Counted from the stretch's first letter, positions 1 through 13,266 are shown. The stretch: DNA of 64,000 nucleotides from Diplonema japonicum (GCA_964019335.1 OZ025730.1:62001-126000), one strand, 5' to 3'. Numbers and translations are program-made. Notes: generated from the sequence alone by a model not told the origin.

Positions 1-171
1 TTTTGTTGTTGTAAAAAGAAAAGACCCCCCCCCCCCCCCCTCCCATACCGCGTTGCTGTCCTTCTCGAACATTTTCAAATCCCCGCTCAGCGTGTACTCC
101 GGATCGTACTTAAGCATCGCTGCAGAGCAGTGGCTAGTATGGCGGTAAGGGGACGGCATATCGCCATAGCT

Positions 172-215
<44 letters not shown>

Positions 216-1368
216 ACCTGAACTCCATTGCAGCAGTGTCGCAAACCTCAGTCCACACCTTTTCCGAGAAGCCCTCGTTGGTGACGAGCCTGAACTGTTG
301 ATATATAAGCCCAACGACCTCTTCCAGGTGTTGGTACCCCTCTGAAGTGAGGTAAATCTCGACTTCGAAAAGCGTGTATATCTTGGACATATCGAGCACC
401 GACCCTGCTAGGAGTTCGGTGGCCCAACCCCGTTGTTTCAGGACCCAGAGGATGGAACCTTCGCATTCATGGCCGATGATGTGTGCGATGTATCGAGTGG
501 GCTTTGTTTTGTACAGCCCGTAGCCTCCTTTGACAGGCCAGAACATGTGAAGGCGGGTATTTTCATTGACTGCTGCAACCTGGTAGATCTTTCCGAGTTT
601 TGTTCGGTCGAAGGGAAAAACGTCTTCCCAGGGCTGGGGTATTGGGGGCGACTTGTCCGGGATTTCTACGAAATATTTCGTGACCATCGCTTTCAGCACG
701 TCGATGGGTTCCTTTCCGTACACGCATAGCTTCATGGACCGTGCTGTGTAGAATTTCTGAAATTCGAAAAGATGCTTTCGCACATCGATTCCCTTTGAAG
801 CAGGCGTTGTACGCAACGTCTCGATGTTCCCACAGCCGAAGTTTGAAAAGGGATGCGTTGGATCAGCGATGTCCTTTAAAAACATTATGAACCGCATGTA
901 ATCCTCTGTTAGAAATCGTTGGTTTTCCGACTCCACCGCCATCAACTCCCTTTCCGTGGCAGAGTCTGTAAAAAGTGGCGTGATAAAGAACTGCGCGAAT
1001 CGATCCAACGCACCTTCTAAAGCCGACGAGATCACGTTAAAAATGTAGTTGGTGTGCTCATAAGATGTATAAGCATTGCACGACCCACCGTGCTCTGTTA
1101 GGTATGAGTTATACGAATTCTCTTGCGGGTACTTCTCCGTCCCTAGAAACATCATGTGTTCAGTGAAATGAGCAAGGCCGGGCAACTCGACTGGGTCGTT
1201 GAACTGGCCTACCTTGCAGTCCATTGAAGCAGCGCTTTGTTCTGTGGCGGGGTCGGAGATGAGCAGAACATCCAGCCCGTTGGGAAGGGTGATATACTTG
1301 TGAATTTTAGGCTTTCCTTCCAGCATTGAGGCCGGGACCTCGACTTCTATTTCTTTTTGGTCGGTCAT
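1..1368 (-). CDS. IDE: Insulysin / insulin-degrading enzyme (M16A metallopeptidase), 5' part; continues past the window start
   Basis: Manual translation from ATG 1368: MTDQKEIEVEVPASMLEGKPKIHKYITLPNGLDVLLISDP...DPVELPGLAHFTEHMMFLGTEKYP, with the inverted zincin HxxEH motif. Intron 170-217 (GTATTCT-polyA-CAG, phase 2), exon 49-169, next donor GTATGG at 48. Absent from the ORF track. Confidence 0.92.
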
Positions 1369-2356
1369 TTTTTTTTTTTTTTTTTTTTTTTTCCTCTCTC
1401 TCCCCCTCCTGGTGTTCTCAAGGTGGAATTTTTTCTTTTTTTTGTATAATGAAAAAAAAAAAAAAAAAAAAAAATGAAACTGAAGACTCATTTTTTTTTT
1501 ATTTGGTTCGCGTTTTCGCGCTTACCAGCACCTGTCTTTGCCCCCGTTCTGCTTCCTTCGTTGGGCAAAAACAAGGAACAGCGGGGGGGAGGGGATTTAC
1601 TCTTTTTTAAAAGAAGAAAAAAGAATGGGGGGGGGGGGAAAGAAAAGGCGAGACAGAAAGAAAAGAAAGAGGTAACTGAGAAAAGACGGAAAACAACAAC
1701 TGTGGTATTCTTTTTTTTTTTTTTAAACGGTGAACACCCCCACACCGAATTTTATCAATCTTTTTTTCTTCCTTTCTTTCTTTGCTCCCCCCCCCCCCCC
1801 CCCATTTTGGTCCTAAAAAAAGTGATATATTTTTACCTCATAACTCTTTGTCAGCACTTCTTTTTTTTCTCTCTCTCTTCTTTCCTTTCTTTCTTTCTGC
1901 GAACCAGAGACGCCTCGGAGGGGGGAAAGGGAAGAAGAAAATAAAAAAAAAAGAGAGAAGAATAATAATAAATAAATAAATAAAAAAAAAGCAACAAGAG
2001 TCCGCTCTTTGCACTACTACTCTGTTGTTAAATACAAAAGTGTGTCTCGAAGTCTTTTTTTTTTTCTTTTCGGGGTAACGTCGTTTTTATTCCCCTCTCC
2101 CCCTTTTTTTTTTAAAAAATAAGTTTTGGAAAGGCGCAATAAACGTTCGATTAGAAGATCTGAGAGAAAAAGAAAACCCCCCACAACAGAGACAAACCGA
2201 GAAGGGGGCATTGACATTCAAGGTCAAATCCCACTTGAAGACCTCTTTAAAAGAAGAAAAAGAAAAAAAAAAAGAACAAGGAGCGCATACTGAATAAAAA
2301 TCGCACGAAGTAAAAACTCTCTTTTTCCTTTTTTTTCCCCTTTTATTCCCCCCCCC

Positions 2357-5300
2357 CTAAAGAGAAGATCGTGGTGATGCAGAGGCACCAGGAGGGTGCC
2401 AAGGCTCCATATGCGGAAGCATTCCTTTCCTTTCATATCTGACCATGTGGCTATAAGGCATATGAGGGTGCCGGGTTGATTGGACCTATAAAAAAAAAGT
2501 TTTTTTTTTTTTTTCCTCATACGTTTTTATATCCATCCTCAGCAGCACGGAGGCGTACCCTGTCAACGTGGTCCCCTTTGTCCTTTCCATTGATTACATA
2601 TGTGGGTGGGAGGGGTCTTAGGTACACCTTTAAATCCCCTTGGCTCCTTCTTGCAGAGCTACCGTCCCTTCTCCCAGCTGACCGCATCCGTGGCTTGCTT
2701 CCGTCTATTGTCTGAGGCAGACCGTACACTCTTTCGAGCTGCTGCTGCCGTGCTATGTCGATCCTGCTTCGAACCCTTGACACCCGCTGAACGTCAGATA
2801 TTACCGTTTTGCTCCTTTTCATTTTTTTCGGGGAGACAGGGCCCCTCCCCATCCTTGGTGGTTGCGGTGTTGGTGTTACGTCCAAGCTTCGAACCTTTCT
2901 GTTGCTGTTGTTGGTGTTTCTTCCAGCGTATATCTTGTACAAGGCGTGGCGCACCTGCCGTTCATACAGCATCTGTTTCGCCATCTGTTCTTGTTCCAAA
3001 TCCTCGTTCACCTCAGAGATGATCTCGTCCAAGTCGTTCACCTCCCACAACGCGCCTTTCGGGTTGTGCATCGTCAGCAGCTCGTTGTATCCGCCCCCGT
3101 TGCACAGGATGCCCCATATCCTCACCTCGTCCTCCTCGCACCATTTCAAGAACAACCGCAAGAACCCCTTCTGGCTTATGTTCCCAAACGGGTCCACCAA
3201 CCTCCCTTGCCCCTCGATACCCCGCAGGTCTTCCACACATGATGTTGCCAGCGCGACTAGCCTTGTTTGTTCTGGGACATGCCCTTCACCAAACTCGCAT
3301 ATCTCCAGTGACCCCAGCAGAGCTCGCATGCACTCTGGACGGAGTAGGCTTGTTTTTCTCTGAGGCGACCAGGAGCCCCCCCGTACCCTCTCTGGGGAGT
3401 ACGCGTCCATCGGTAGGTGCCGAGAGTACGTTTTGAAAATTTTCTTTGCGGCGACGGTTGCCTCGCATCCCAGCACCCCCCTCTCAATAAGGGGGATCCC
3501 ACGGAACATGGGCGGCGGTTTCGGGATATCGGTATGGCACCGTCCTTCCCCTTTTGTCTTCTTCACCTTGTCCCCATCCTGTACCCAGTCCATGCACTCC
3601 AGGAGCCTTGCCACCCATGGGAGATCACTGTAACACGCGTCCTCCATGAAAGAGACGAAACCTTCGTTGTCGAGGACTCTCTTGTGTGGGACCATTGTGT
3701 AGTTGCCGCTGAAGACGCGTGATGCCATGCACGCCTCGGGGTACACTTTGCTGCTCCAGAAGCAGAGGGCTGACAGCTTACGTGTGTCGATGCCGTCCAT
3801 TCGCGTGTAGATGTCATTACAGGCGTTCAGCATGGAGGATGAGAGCTTTGCCTGGTCCTTCGTGTCGAACACAGCAGAGAGGATGGCGTGCCCTCCGACT
3901 GCGTTGGATGCGTTTAGCGTGGGCTCTAACTTGTACACATGTTCGTGGCTGGTCTCCTTGTTGTAGATCTGCAGCAAGGCATTGATGTATTCTGCCATTT
4001 TGTGGTCCTGAACGGCCTGAGGGCGCATCCCTGCGAGAGAGAGGGAAAGCACCTTCTGCTGCTCCGCCCTGTCGGAGAAGGTGCTCACTTTGCCCGAGGA
4101 GATGTAATGAAGGAACGGTGAAGTGAAGCGGTAGTGTGGAAGCGACTCGGCGTTGTTCGTGGTGACGCACGAGAGAGCTTTGAAGCCCATGCGGATCCCG
4201 ACCTTGGCCAGCTTCCTCACAAGGCTGCTTCCCAGTGAACGTGGCACAACATCCCTCTCGTTCACATACTGATTCACGTTCACCTCCTTGAGGATGGGCT
4301 GTGTCCCGTCCCATTCCTTGATATTCAAGATGTTCGGTGCACCATATGTGAAGACAGACTCAACGCACACGCCGTCAAGGTTCGAGACATCCAAGAAGGT
4401 AGCAAGCAACAGCGCAGTGGCACCCCCTAAGGAGTGCCCTGTGAGCGTCAGTCTCAAGGGACCGTGTTTCCGCCTTTGGTTGATGACAGCGGGTACGATT
4501 TGCTCAAAGATTCTGTTCGCGCCATCCAAGAACCCCATGTGCACTTTCAACCCCTTGAACTCCTCGGGAGTGTTCGGTTCGGTAGACCGAGGGGACAGAA
4601 CCTCGGTGGGAAGGGGGGGCAGCTCCAAGTTCACAGGGATGAACATGCAGTCGCGAAAGCAGTCGTTCAAATTCTGCGTGCCTGCGATACAGATCGTCAC
4701 TTCCGTGGGTTCGTTTTCATCGGCAGCTAGCAGCCACCCGGGTGCAACCACAGGCGCTTCCTGCATGATGATTTTTTCTTCTTCAGTGGTTCTCTCTTCC
4801 TCCTCTTCTTCATCTGTCCGAACTGATGCCACAGCCTTGAGAGCAGACAGGCCCGGTATTGCCGTTGCAAGCGTCCACAGACTTTCGTTCGATCCTTGTA
4901 CCTTGCTCAGCGTACCCGGCATGCATCCTATCATACCGTCTGGAGTCTGCACACCGACTCTTCCTCTGCCGTGTCCTACAACTTTGCCCGTTATCTGCGG
5001 CTGCTGCACTATCACCTGCCTGTCCTTTGCGAACGGCTGGTCTGTGAAGACAGCTGTTGCAACAAAACCCTTCACTTCGCTGCCGATGCGGACCCCTATC
5101 CTCTGCCGTGACGACCCCGTCACCTTGCCGTGCTGCCGTATCTTTGTGCCGTCCAGGACAGTGACGGGCCATCCTTTGGGGTACCCACCCCTCGGTGACA
5201 CTTCCTCTTCGCGCACTACGGTTTCCCCGTCATCGGTGTACACGGTGACCCAACCACCCTCGTGGCACTTCACCTTGGCTTTCCACGGGAAGGGCTTCAC

Positions 5301-6245
5301 GAGAACACTTTCGCCGACGCGGAAGAGCCTGGCTGCCTCTAGCGTCGAGTCGATGGTGTCGTCGATGGCCTTCGGGGACGAGGACTCGGGGGACTCGATC
5401 CCGAACTTTTCGAAGGTGTCGAGGTCCAGTGAGGTGCAGGCAACCATCTTGATCCGTCTCCCCGTGCACATGTAGATCCTGTTCAGGAAGTCGTGTACAT
5501 TGTGCTGAAGCGCTGTGGCCTCCCTACGGTGCTTTCTGAACACTTCCGCGGCGCTGGCTCTGCTGGTTCCTTGCTGAATAGCTTTGATACGGTCCCAGAA
5601 TTCGGACCCTGTTGGGACGCGATACGCAGTGTGGGCCAAGAGGAGGTGCCGCATGGATTCTATGAGAATTCTGTTCGAGCAAGCTTGGTCAGCGGACAAG
5701 GCGGCAGCGGCTTGCTGGTGCTGTTCAGGCGTGAGGTCGGTGAGGGGGGGCGTGTCGTCGGCTGCACCTGCAATGGTATGTGAAGCGTGCTCCCTGCTAA
5801 TATCAGAGCGGACCTTCTGGACAACAGTGAGGGGGAGGTGCATGGACACGTCAGGTACGGTGGACGTCGAGCTAGACAGGGACAGTGCCTCGTCTTCGTG
5901 TTGCTTGTGTTTCGTGTGGTGTATAGGAGGCAGCTTCTTCGCTGCTCGTATTTTTTTCGTGCTTTGCGGTGGGACTTCTGGTGTCCGGAAGGCATGCCTT
6001 AACACCTGGCTAAGAGGCGGTGGCGCCGGCTCCGAGATCTTTGTCTGTGATGCAAACGGCTGCAGCTCTTTCTTCCCGGCAGTTTTTTTCTTCTTTTCTG
6101 CTTCCTGCCTCACCCGTTCCCCAGCGGTGACGCCAGTTGCTTTCTTCGCTGCGGGCAGGCTCCTGCTACTTCCCGCCTCGACCGGTCGACCGCTTAAACC
6201 ATACGTTATTTTCCTCCATTGTTTTTCACTACTTTCATTGTTCAT
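2357..6245 (-). CDS. Large class-3 lipase domain protein (~1280 aa)
   Basis: ORF 2517-6245 contains TICIAGT, VHMGF, LTGHSLGGA, TYGAP, DVVP and DH (Lipase_3 motifs). Predicted intron 2486-2522 (GTATGA..TAG) joins an open 43-codon last exon, 2357-2485. Confidence 0.85.
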
Positions 6246-6874
6246 TCCCTTTTTTTTTTTTTCTTTTTACTTTTTTTTTTTTGGTTTGATGTTACTTCGA
6301 GCAAAATATTTCCAAAAGGAATATGAAGGGGGGGGATATTTCTTAAAGGAACCAAGACGAGGTAAGGAATAAACATTTTATTTAAAAACAAAAAGATTTC
6401 TCTTTTTTCTTTTTGTATTTAACAAAAACTGCTCACTTTCTTGGAAGAACAAAAAAGAATAGTAGTATGCAGTACTCATCTCTCAGGAGTTGTACCGTGC
6501 GCACGAACAAATGCTAAGGATTGACCCTTTCCCTCTGAAAATATGTGTTTAAAAGGGCGGGGCTCAAAAACCCATGGACTCCCCTTTTTCCCCCTTCTAT
6601 TTTCTTTCTTGTCTCAAAGGAAGGGTGTTACCTTGACACCCCTCATTCGAACAAAAAACTTACAAAAGAAAACTTAAAAAAAAAAAAAAAAAGGATAGGT
6701 GAAAGAAAGAGGAAAAAAAAAAAGGGGTTTCGTCTTCACTGCTCACAGACATTTTTGCTCCCTTCCCCTGTAAAGGGACAATTATTTTCTTTTTTTTTTT
6801 TTCCTGAATAAAAAAAATACTACAGCAATTAAAAAAAAAAAAAAAAAAAAAAAAAACCCTCCCTGATACATTCC

Positions 6875-7507
6875 TCAGATTTTAATTTGGCCCATGATCA
6901 AAGCAAGCAAGTCAACCGTCTCACTGTCAGAATGGACCGGGGTTTGGGCGAGAGGAGGGAGGGTCGTTAAAGGGTTGCCATCCTCATCCAATTCTTCTAT
7001 TGCTGATGATGCTTTGTAGATAGGCCGTATCACCGGTGAGGACGGGAGCAAGGAGAGCGAGGTAATATCCTCAAGCAGAAATATGCGAGCGGACAAAGTA
7101 GTGCCATTTTTAGCCGTTGAACAATCGGTAATGCGGAGAGCCCTTGAAGGGTTCATTTTAAGAGACTTTGTAACGGCAGCCAGAGTCCCTTTGTACTCTA
7201 TTCCTCCTGCGTGGAGTGATACAGTACGGCTCATGAACGGTTCCAGTCTCGGATCGGTCTCTTCTTCTTCCCAGCACCACGATCTTTTTTGGTAAGGTGT
7301 ATAGGGCGTGAATCGTTGGCTGACTTGCAGTGTTGCGCCTTTTCCCGTGCGCCCCTTTCCCCCGGCCGTTCTCATCCCTCTCATCTTGCTCGTTATCTTT
7401 TCGATGTCGCCCGGGATCGCGGCGGCCCGTCGTTGGCCCCTTCTGCTGTTCAGATTCCCAAACGTTGCTGACAGATCGTCGAGACATAGATTGAAGCCGC
7501 CTTCCAT
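6875..7507 (-). CDS. Hypothetical protein, 210 aa, possible LSm-like (Edc3/Lsm14-type) domain
   Basis: ATG directly after an A-tract; coding-like composition. FMSRTVSLHAGGIEYKGTLAAV...IFLLEDITSLSLL resembles an Sm fold by eye only. Confidence 0.6.
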   Translation of the reverse strand: MEGGFNLCLDDLSATFGNLNSRRGQRRAAAIPGDIEKITSKMRGMRTAGGKGRTGKGATLQVSQRFTPYTPYQKRSWCWEEEETDPRLEPFMSRTVSLHAGGIEYKGTLAAVTKSLKMNPSRALRITDCSTAKNGTTLSARIFLLEDITSLSLLPSSPVIRPIYKASSAIEELDEDGNPLTTLPPLAQTPVHSDSETVDLLALIMGQIKI

Positions 7508-8299
7508 TTTTTTTTTGTTATTATTCCCCTCCCCTTTCCCCCCCCTTTTTTTTTTTGAAAAATTTATTTTTTTTAAAATTCTGAAAAAGAGGGAAAATTG
7601 AAGGGGGGAAAAAAAAACTAAAAAAGCAGGGGCCTCAGATCGATAGATCGTAGCTAGAAAAAAAAGGGGGGTGGTCTTCCTCGCCTACCCCCGTCTGCTG
7701 CGTAAGTTCGGGACAGACACCGGGTCCCCCTGATACGGTGCGCATGTGAACCTCTTCAACAACTCTTCGATCGTGTCCTCGTAAAATCTGTTAAACTTGG
7801 TGGACTTCTCCTATTCTGCGTCAGGATATAGGATACCTCCATTAGGTCCGTCATTCACGAAACACTGCTGTACTCATCTTAATTTTTGCGCTCGCTGATT
7901 GTTTTTTTTTTTTTTTTTAAATTCATTCGACTGATGTCTCAAGGGAATACGGAAGAAGAAGAAGAAGTGGGCAGCGTTGGTGAAGAAGAACACTAAGGGA
8001 AGATTGGAGAGTGAAACCTTAGCAGGACAGCAACGCGAAGCCTTGCCTTTGTTACGAGAGGGGGGAGGGGGGGAGGGGGGGCTCTTCCCTTATAGGATTT
8101 GCAGTTGTAAGAATTATGGAAAAAAAAAAACCTCCCCCCTCCTCCCACGCAATACTCCATTCTTCTTCCTTTTCTTCCCCTGTGTGTGTTGCTAGATTTC
8201 ACATATTATACAAAAAAAAGAAAAAAAAAACCTCCCTACCATCTTTTTTTTTTTTTTTTTTTTTTTTTTTCCCCCTTCACTTCTTTCCCTCCCTCTTGT

Positions 8300-10831
8300 C
8301 TACAACCTCCCTGCCATCTTTTTTGCATTGTATACACCCTGTTTGGTTATTGCCATACAAAAAAAAAAAACAAAAAAAAACTATTCTTTTAAGGTATGCG
8401 TTTTTGCGCTCACCGGCCGCGCTGCGCTTAGTCCCCGTTGTCCCCGTTCTGGGGGCTCTGGTGGATTCCTACTGCGGTGGTCAAACTGCGGGGCAGCCTT
8501 GTCGGTGTCTGCGACAGGTACCTGTCCCGCAAGCCTTCGATGCAAAAGTGACCTCCACCACACGTTCGTGTCCGGGTCGGCTCCTTCCGGCATGCCGTCG
8601 TAGGAGTCCCTCCCGTCTGCTAGCTCGGCTACCGTCATGGCCCTCGCCACCCGACGGATCTCGTGCTTGCGCTCGCGTTCCGGCATGGCACCCGGCAGCC
8701 ATCTTCTCATCAGGGCTTCAATATCGCACTCCCGGTACAGCGGCACACCTCCCCATCCGGTCCCACAGCTCCGTATCCGACCCGCCTACCTTCACCACTG
8801 TGCACAGCAGTCGGTAAAGCGTCACCACCAGCGGGTCCGTCGTGTGCCCTGGCAGCAAGACGTTCGCAACAGCACACGGCGAGCGCATCTTGAACTTCGG
8901 TCCCCAGAGGCACGTCGCAACACTCGCTCGGATTGTACCCGCATCCATTTTCGAGGGGGGTGCATAGGCAACACCGTAGAGGCAGGAGGGGAGAATGGAG
9001 CTGGTGAGGATCCTCGCCTTCTGTGTGAACCCCAGCGGCATGGCGGCCAGTCTCCCGCAAGCGCGTCCCATCGCCTCAAGGGGCTTCGCCCTGTGCTCAC
9101 CGTCCATACATACCCGGACTCCCAGGACGCTGATCTCCTTTTGAGCACCTCACGTCCGCACTTCACCGTTCCGTGCTCTGCCGTTGTAAACATGTCCGTC
9201 TTCTTCAGGTTGAGGTTCATCCCTGTCAGCAGAGAGAACTCGCACACCCCCGCTGCCGCCTTCTCCAGCGCGCTGAGCAGAGCTGCTATCAAGTAGACGT
9301 CGTCCGCGTATGACAGGAATCAGCGCCGGGCACCTCCGCCATGATGGCCTTCACCATCACCCCTACCAGCGCGTTCACCATCACCACCGAGATCAGGCAC
9401 CCCTGCAGGATGCCGTTCGACGTAGCAAACTCGTCGCCCACCCCTGTCGGGTACTTGAACCTCCGTCTGAGGGATTCGTACATCGTCTCCAGAGGGCGCA
9501 GTATGTTCTGATGCAGTCCCAGGTCCCCCATTAGCCCGAGCGCCACTTCCCGCGGGATCCGGTCGAAGCACTTGACAAAGTCTAGCGCGAGCGTGCATCG
9601 GCGTTCCCGATAGCAGAGCTTCTTCGAGCTGCGTCGTCAGTTCCAGCAGTAGCGTGTCCGTACCCCTCCTCGACCTAAACCCATGTTGTGACGCGTCGGC
9701 CCACGACTCCTGCCAGACCAAGATGCGTCTCATCCTCGTTGTCGCCCACAGCCTGTACACGGCGCTGGTGACGGTGATCGGGCGGTGGTCCAACGGGGCT
9801 CTGCCCTCACCTTTCGGGATCAGAGAGACAAGCGCTGTCAATAGCGCCTCCGGCCACTCGCCGGTCTCCTCGACGACGTTGAAGAGCTGCGCCCACCTCT
9901 CGAGCAGCGCGTCAGGTATAGCCTTCAGTTCCGTGATCCTCCAGCCGTCGACGCCTGGGGTGCCCCTCGCAGGCCTGCTGTTTAACACCTCCCTGAGGTC
10001 GCCCCCCGTGATCGGCTCCAGTTCCATGGGGTGCTTATCGATATACCCGCCATACCTCTCTTTGAAAGCAGCGTAGGAAGGTCGGTCACTTTTGTCTGGG
10101 TACAGGTGGAAGACGGAGGCCCATGCCCCCCTCATCAGCGCGTCGATCTCCCCCAGATCTACCGTCAGCCTGCCGTCCTCCTTCGCGACTGCCAGTGTGT
10201 GAACATCCTTGTCACCTTTAACGTAAGCTACGATCCTCCGCCTGTCGTCACGGAAATCAGCTGCCACCCGTTTCCTATAACTTGCTTCGTTCTCCAGGCG
10301 TTGCCGCATCACCGTGTCTCTGTCAGCCTGCTCCGCCGCAGCCTCCAGCTCTCGCAGTCCCACCAGCGCAGCCTCCAGGCTAGCCCCCCGTAGCAGGTCC
10401 TTGTCCGGCACGACCCCAAGGTGCATCTTCTCGGCCAGCTTGACGATGTTCCGCCACGTCCCGTGCAGCATCGCTGGCAGCGTCCCCGGCCCACCACGCA
10501 GCAGTGCCTCGTTCAGCCCCGTCTGAGCGCCACGATTTTCCTCCTGAGGCTGCCGTGCATCGTCTGGCCGGCGGCAGCTCCCCCTGACGTCCCCGTCGAC
10601 TTCGCTGCTACCATCTTCTCTGTCAGCTCTCGCGGCTCTCCTCTGCCTACGTACGGCCTCACCTCCGTCACCCCGGCTGAGCTCAGCATATAGCGTTCGG
10701 TAGCGCAGCTCAGCAAGGCGTAGAGGCCCCCCACGTCCCTGGCGTCAACTGCTTGGTGGATTGCGTCGTCGCCGGCAAGCCCTTGGTCAAGATCAGCGTC
10801 GGGCGTCACCGCTCCCACCGGTAGCTCCTTG

Positions 10832-10872
<41 letters not shown>

Positions 10873-12373
10873 ACCTGTTGCAACCGCTCCAAGCTTCTTT
10901 TAACAAAAGCTTGTTGGTTAATAATATCCTGCCTGCCAGTTTTCGACTGTAGCATCCTGCTCAATGTTTCAGTGCTGTGTTCAAGCTGCGCCTGTTTTTT
11001 TTTTTTTTTTTTTTTTTTCTCTCTAACCACACCTGATTGTATTCAAAAAGGGATTTTTTCGGACCTGCTGACAAATTGTACGCGTAGACGTATGTGTACT
11101 TTAAGGTCTCCCGCGACCTGATCAGCTGCTGTGCCGCCTCTTGTAGGTACTCAACCTGGTGGAGGTGTTCCAAGGTGTCCTGCTGCTGCTGCGCTATTCG
11201 CTTTCTAGCTTTTTCGGTAATATGCTTCTCCAGGTGCTTCGAGCGGTCATGATTGCTGTACCTAGTGTAGTAGAATATGTACCGCGTGAGTTCTTCCTTG
11301 GCGATGTCACGCTTGTCTTTGATAGTGTCTTTGGACGGTTCGTAGAAGTTGCATTGGTACCAGCTTGAGCCGTGTTTCGACCATTCTTTCTCGCAGACCC
11401 AACAGAAGTCGTAGGAGCAGGACTGGCACGTGATGTGGTTGCACCCGTCGTTTTTTTCGATGTTTACCCCGCAGCCAGGGCAGTGTTTGGTGTTTGCTAC
11501 CATCCAGTTTGCGGTTTCCGATTCGTCTTGCTCCTTTCGAAGCCAGTCTCGCAGCATGTCGCAGCTGGCAGGGGTGTGATCTTCCTCGCAACATTTGAAG
11601 CAAAACAACAACCCGCACAGGCAATGCGCTACAACTGGTTCGTCAGCTTTGCATGACATAATTTTTACGCAGTTTTCGCACCGTGGGGCAGGGCAATGTT
11701 GTAGACATGGATTGTCATCCACATATGACCCTTCATGGAAATTCTCATATCTTGTGATTAAGGCAGTGTTCTTGCCCTCGTATGGAGGGAGGAGTGACAC
11801 TTCTCGTAGCACTGTGAGCACTAGCACGCGTTCGCACACATACGTGCAGCCGTTTTCAGGGCAGGTTGTTATAAGGCTTTTCGTGCCCTTCTCCGAAAGC
11901 TGGCTTGCAAAGTACTGCCCGAAACATTGGATGCAAAAAAAATGTTTGCAGCAACCCACTGCCAACCCTGCTGTTTCCGTGCACTCCATGTAACAGATTC
12001 CGCATTCTACGGTGTCGTCTCCAGCCCATACAAATGGAGGGCTGTTTGTCAAAACTCCGAATTTTTCGCAGATTTTGGCCGCGTCTTCAAAATACCGTTC
12101 TTGGAGCCTGTCCGTGTTCCAGTTGAAGCCTCGAAGGAGGATCCTTGCCGCGCCCTCGCTGATCGCGAGGACCTCCATCATTTCATTAATCAGTTTCTTT
12201 TGCAGTTCTCGCCTTGCGGTCGGGATCAAACATTCTTGACTCACCTTGTTTACCACGACCTGAAACTCCCGTTCGTCTGCGTAATAATCCATCTCGTTGT
12301 CATCACCTTCCGTATCTGTACATTCGTCGTAATCCTCGTCTTCTATTTCATAATCTTCATCGTCTTCTTCCAT
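8300..12373 (-). CDS. Ariadne-family RBR E3 ubiquitin ligase (ARIH1-like)
   Basis: Acidic N-terminus, RING1 (CGICY..CCKHFFCIQC), IBR (CPAPRC..CLCGLLFCFKC), RING2 (CPGC..IEKNDGCNHITC), Ariadne helix (RYIFYYTRYSNH). Intron 10992-11032, exon 10875-10991, donor at 10874. The probable last exon is 8300-8338 (GVYNAKKMAGRL*), beyond the retroelement; this terminal exon is uncertain. Confidence 0.88.
8391..10827 (-). mobile_element. 5'-truncated, frameshifted non-LTR retrotransposon (RT domain), inside the last Ariadne intron
   Basis: RT motifs across frames: TPGVDGW, LIPK..PLDHRPITVTSAVYRLW, QHGFR, LDFVKCFDRIP, GILQGCLIS, YADD (~9300-9311). The 3' end 8391-8445 is shared with 37051-37105. Confidence 0.9.
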
Positions 12374-12819
12374 TTTTTTTAACTTTTTTTTTTTTTGCCT
12401 TTTTTTCTTGTTTTAACAATTTCTTTAGAGGCACGGGGGGGGCACATAAAAAAAAACTACAATTACAGATACAAAAGATGTCTTTTTTTTTGAAAGGGAA
12501 CCTGCAGTCTGTGACAAGATCGCCTGACCACAATTCAACTCATCTCGTAGAAAAAAAAAAGAAGGGGTTTTCTTTTTTTTGCAATATTTCCCCCTGTTCT
12601 TTTTGTTCGGAAAAAAAAAGGGGGGGGGGAAAGACTGGAAAGAAAAGAGGCTCATATTTAAACATTTCTTTTTTTTCATTTTGCCGTCAATGAATTTCTT
12701 ATGCTACCACTTCACCAAGAAGAAATCTTGGAGCATTTTGGAGGGGAGGGGGTAATATGGTAAGACTTGTCGCTATTTGTTTCTTGTTTCGCTCGAGTGG
12801 GGAGAAGAAAAAAAAAAAA

Positions 12820-12917
12820 CTCATAGTAAAAGACAATCCCACCGGAGGACAGCCTCTTGTGGTGTGAGTTCCTATCTTTTAATGCTCCCCTTCTAGAGCA
12901 TGGCTTTCGTTCCTATT
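12820..12917. repeat. ~100-bp dispersed repeat family B, copy 1
   Basis: CTCATAGTAAAAGACAATCCCAC...GTTCCTATT is near-identical to 43531-43628. Confidence 0.9.
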
Positions 12918-13266
12918 GTCGCCTTTAAAGCTTTTCGTAGTTCCGACACGCGGTCTTTCTTGTATGTCCCTTTCAACTCCTGTAGCTTTTGCGCTGCACA
13001 AATAGTACGCTAATTAACACAAATTTCAACCACATTATAAAAAAAAAAAAAAAAAAGAAAAAAAAAGAGAAAAAAGAGGGAGAAAGTACAGGAGTAATTC
13101 ACTTATTACCCAAAAAATGGGCTTTTTCTTCTTCTTGTTTGTACCGCTGGCTTGCATTCTACTGTTGGGTGTACGCTTTTAATTTGTGGGAGGAAAAAAA
13201 AAGAGCTGAAAGGAAACGGCAAACCCACCTTGAGGAACAGCGATATTTAGTGAATTGACAGAGGCC

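Noticed and set aside
1326-2220. Many short ORFs rich in poly-Lys/poly-Phe here and in all spacers
   Set aside because: They are translations of homopolymer runs, not coding sequence.
4288-6372. Long plus-strand ORFs (also 13919-14920 and 50206-51198)
   Set aside because: They are antisense shadows of well-supported minus-strand genes.
7680-7895. Coding-like minus-strand island (..KFNRFYEDTIEELLKRF..)
   Set aside because: It has in-frame stops and no recognisable homology; possibly a pseudogene fragment, but it cannot be supported.
12980-12990. AAAAGCTACAG on the minus strand, resembling part of a diplonemid spliced leader as I recall it
   Set aside because: Only an 11-nt match; the flanks do not match.
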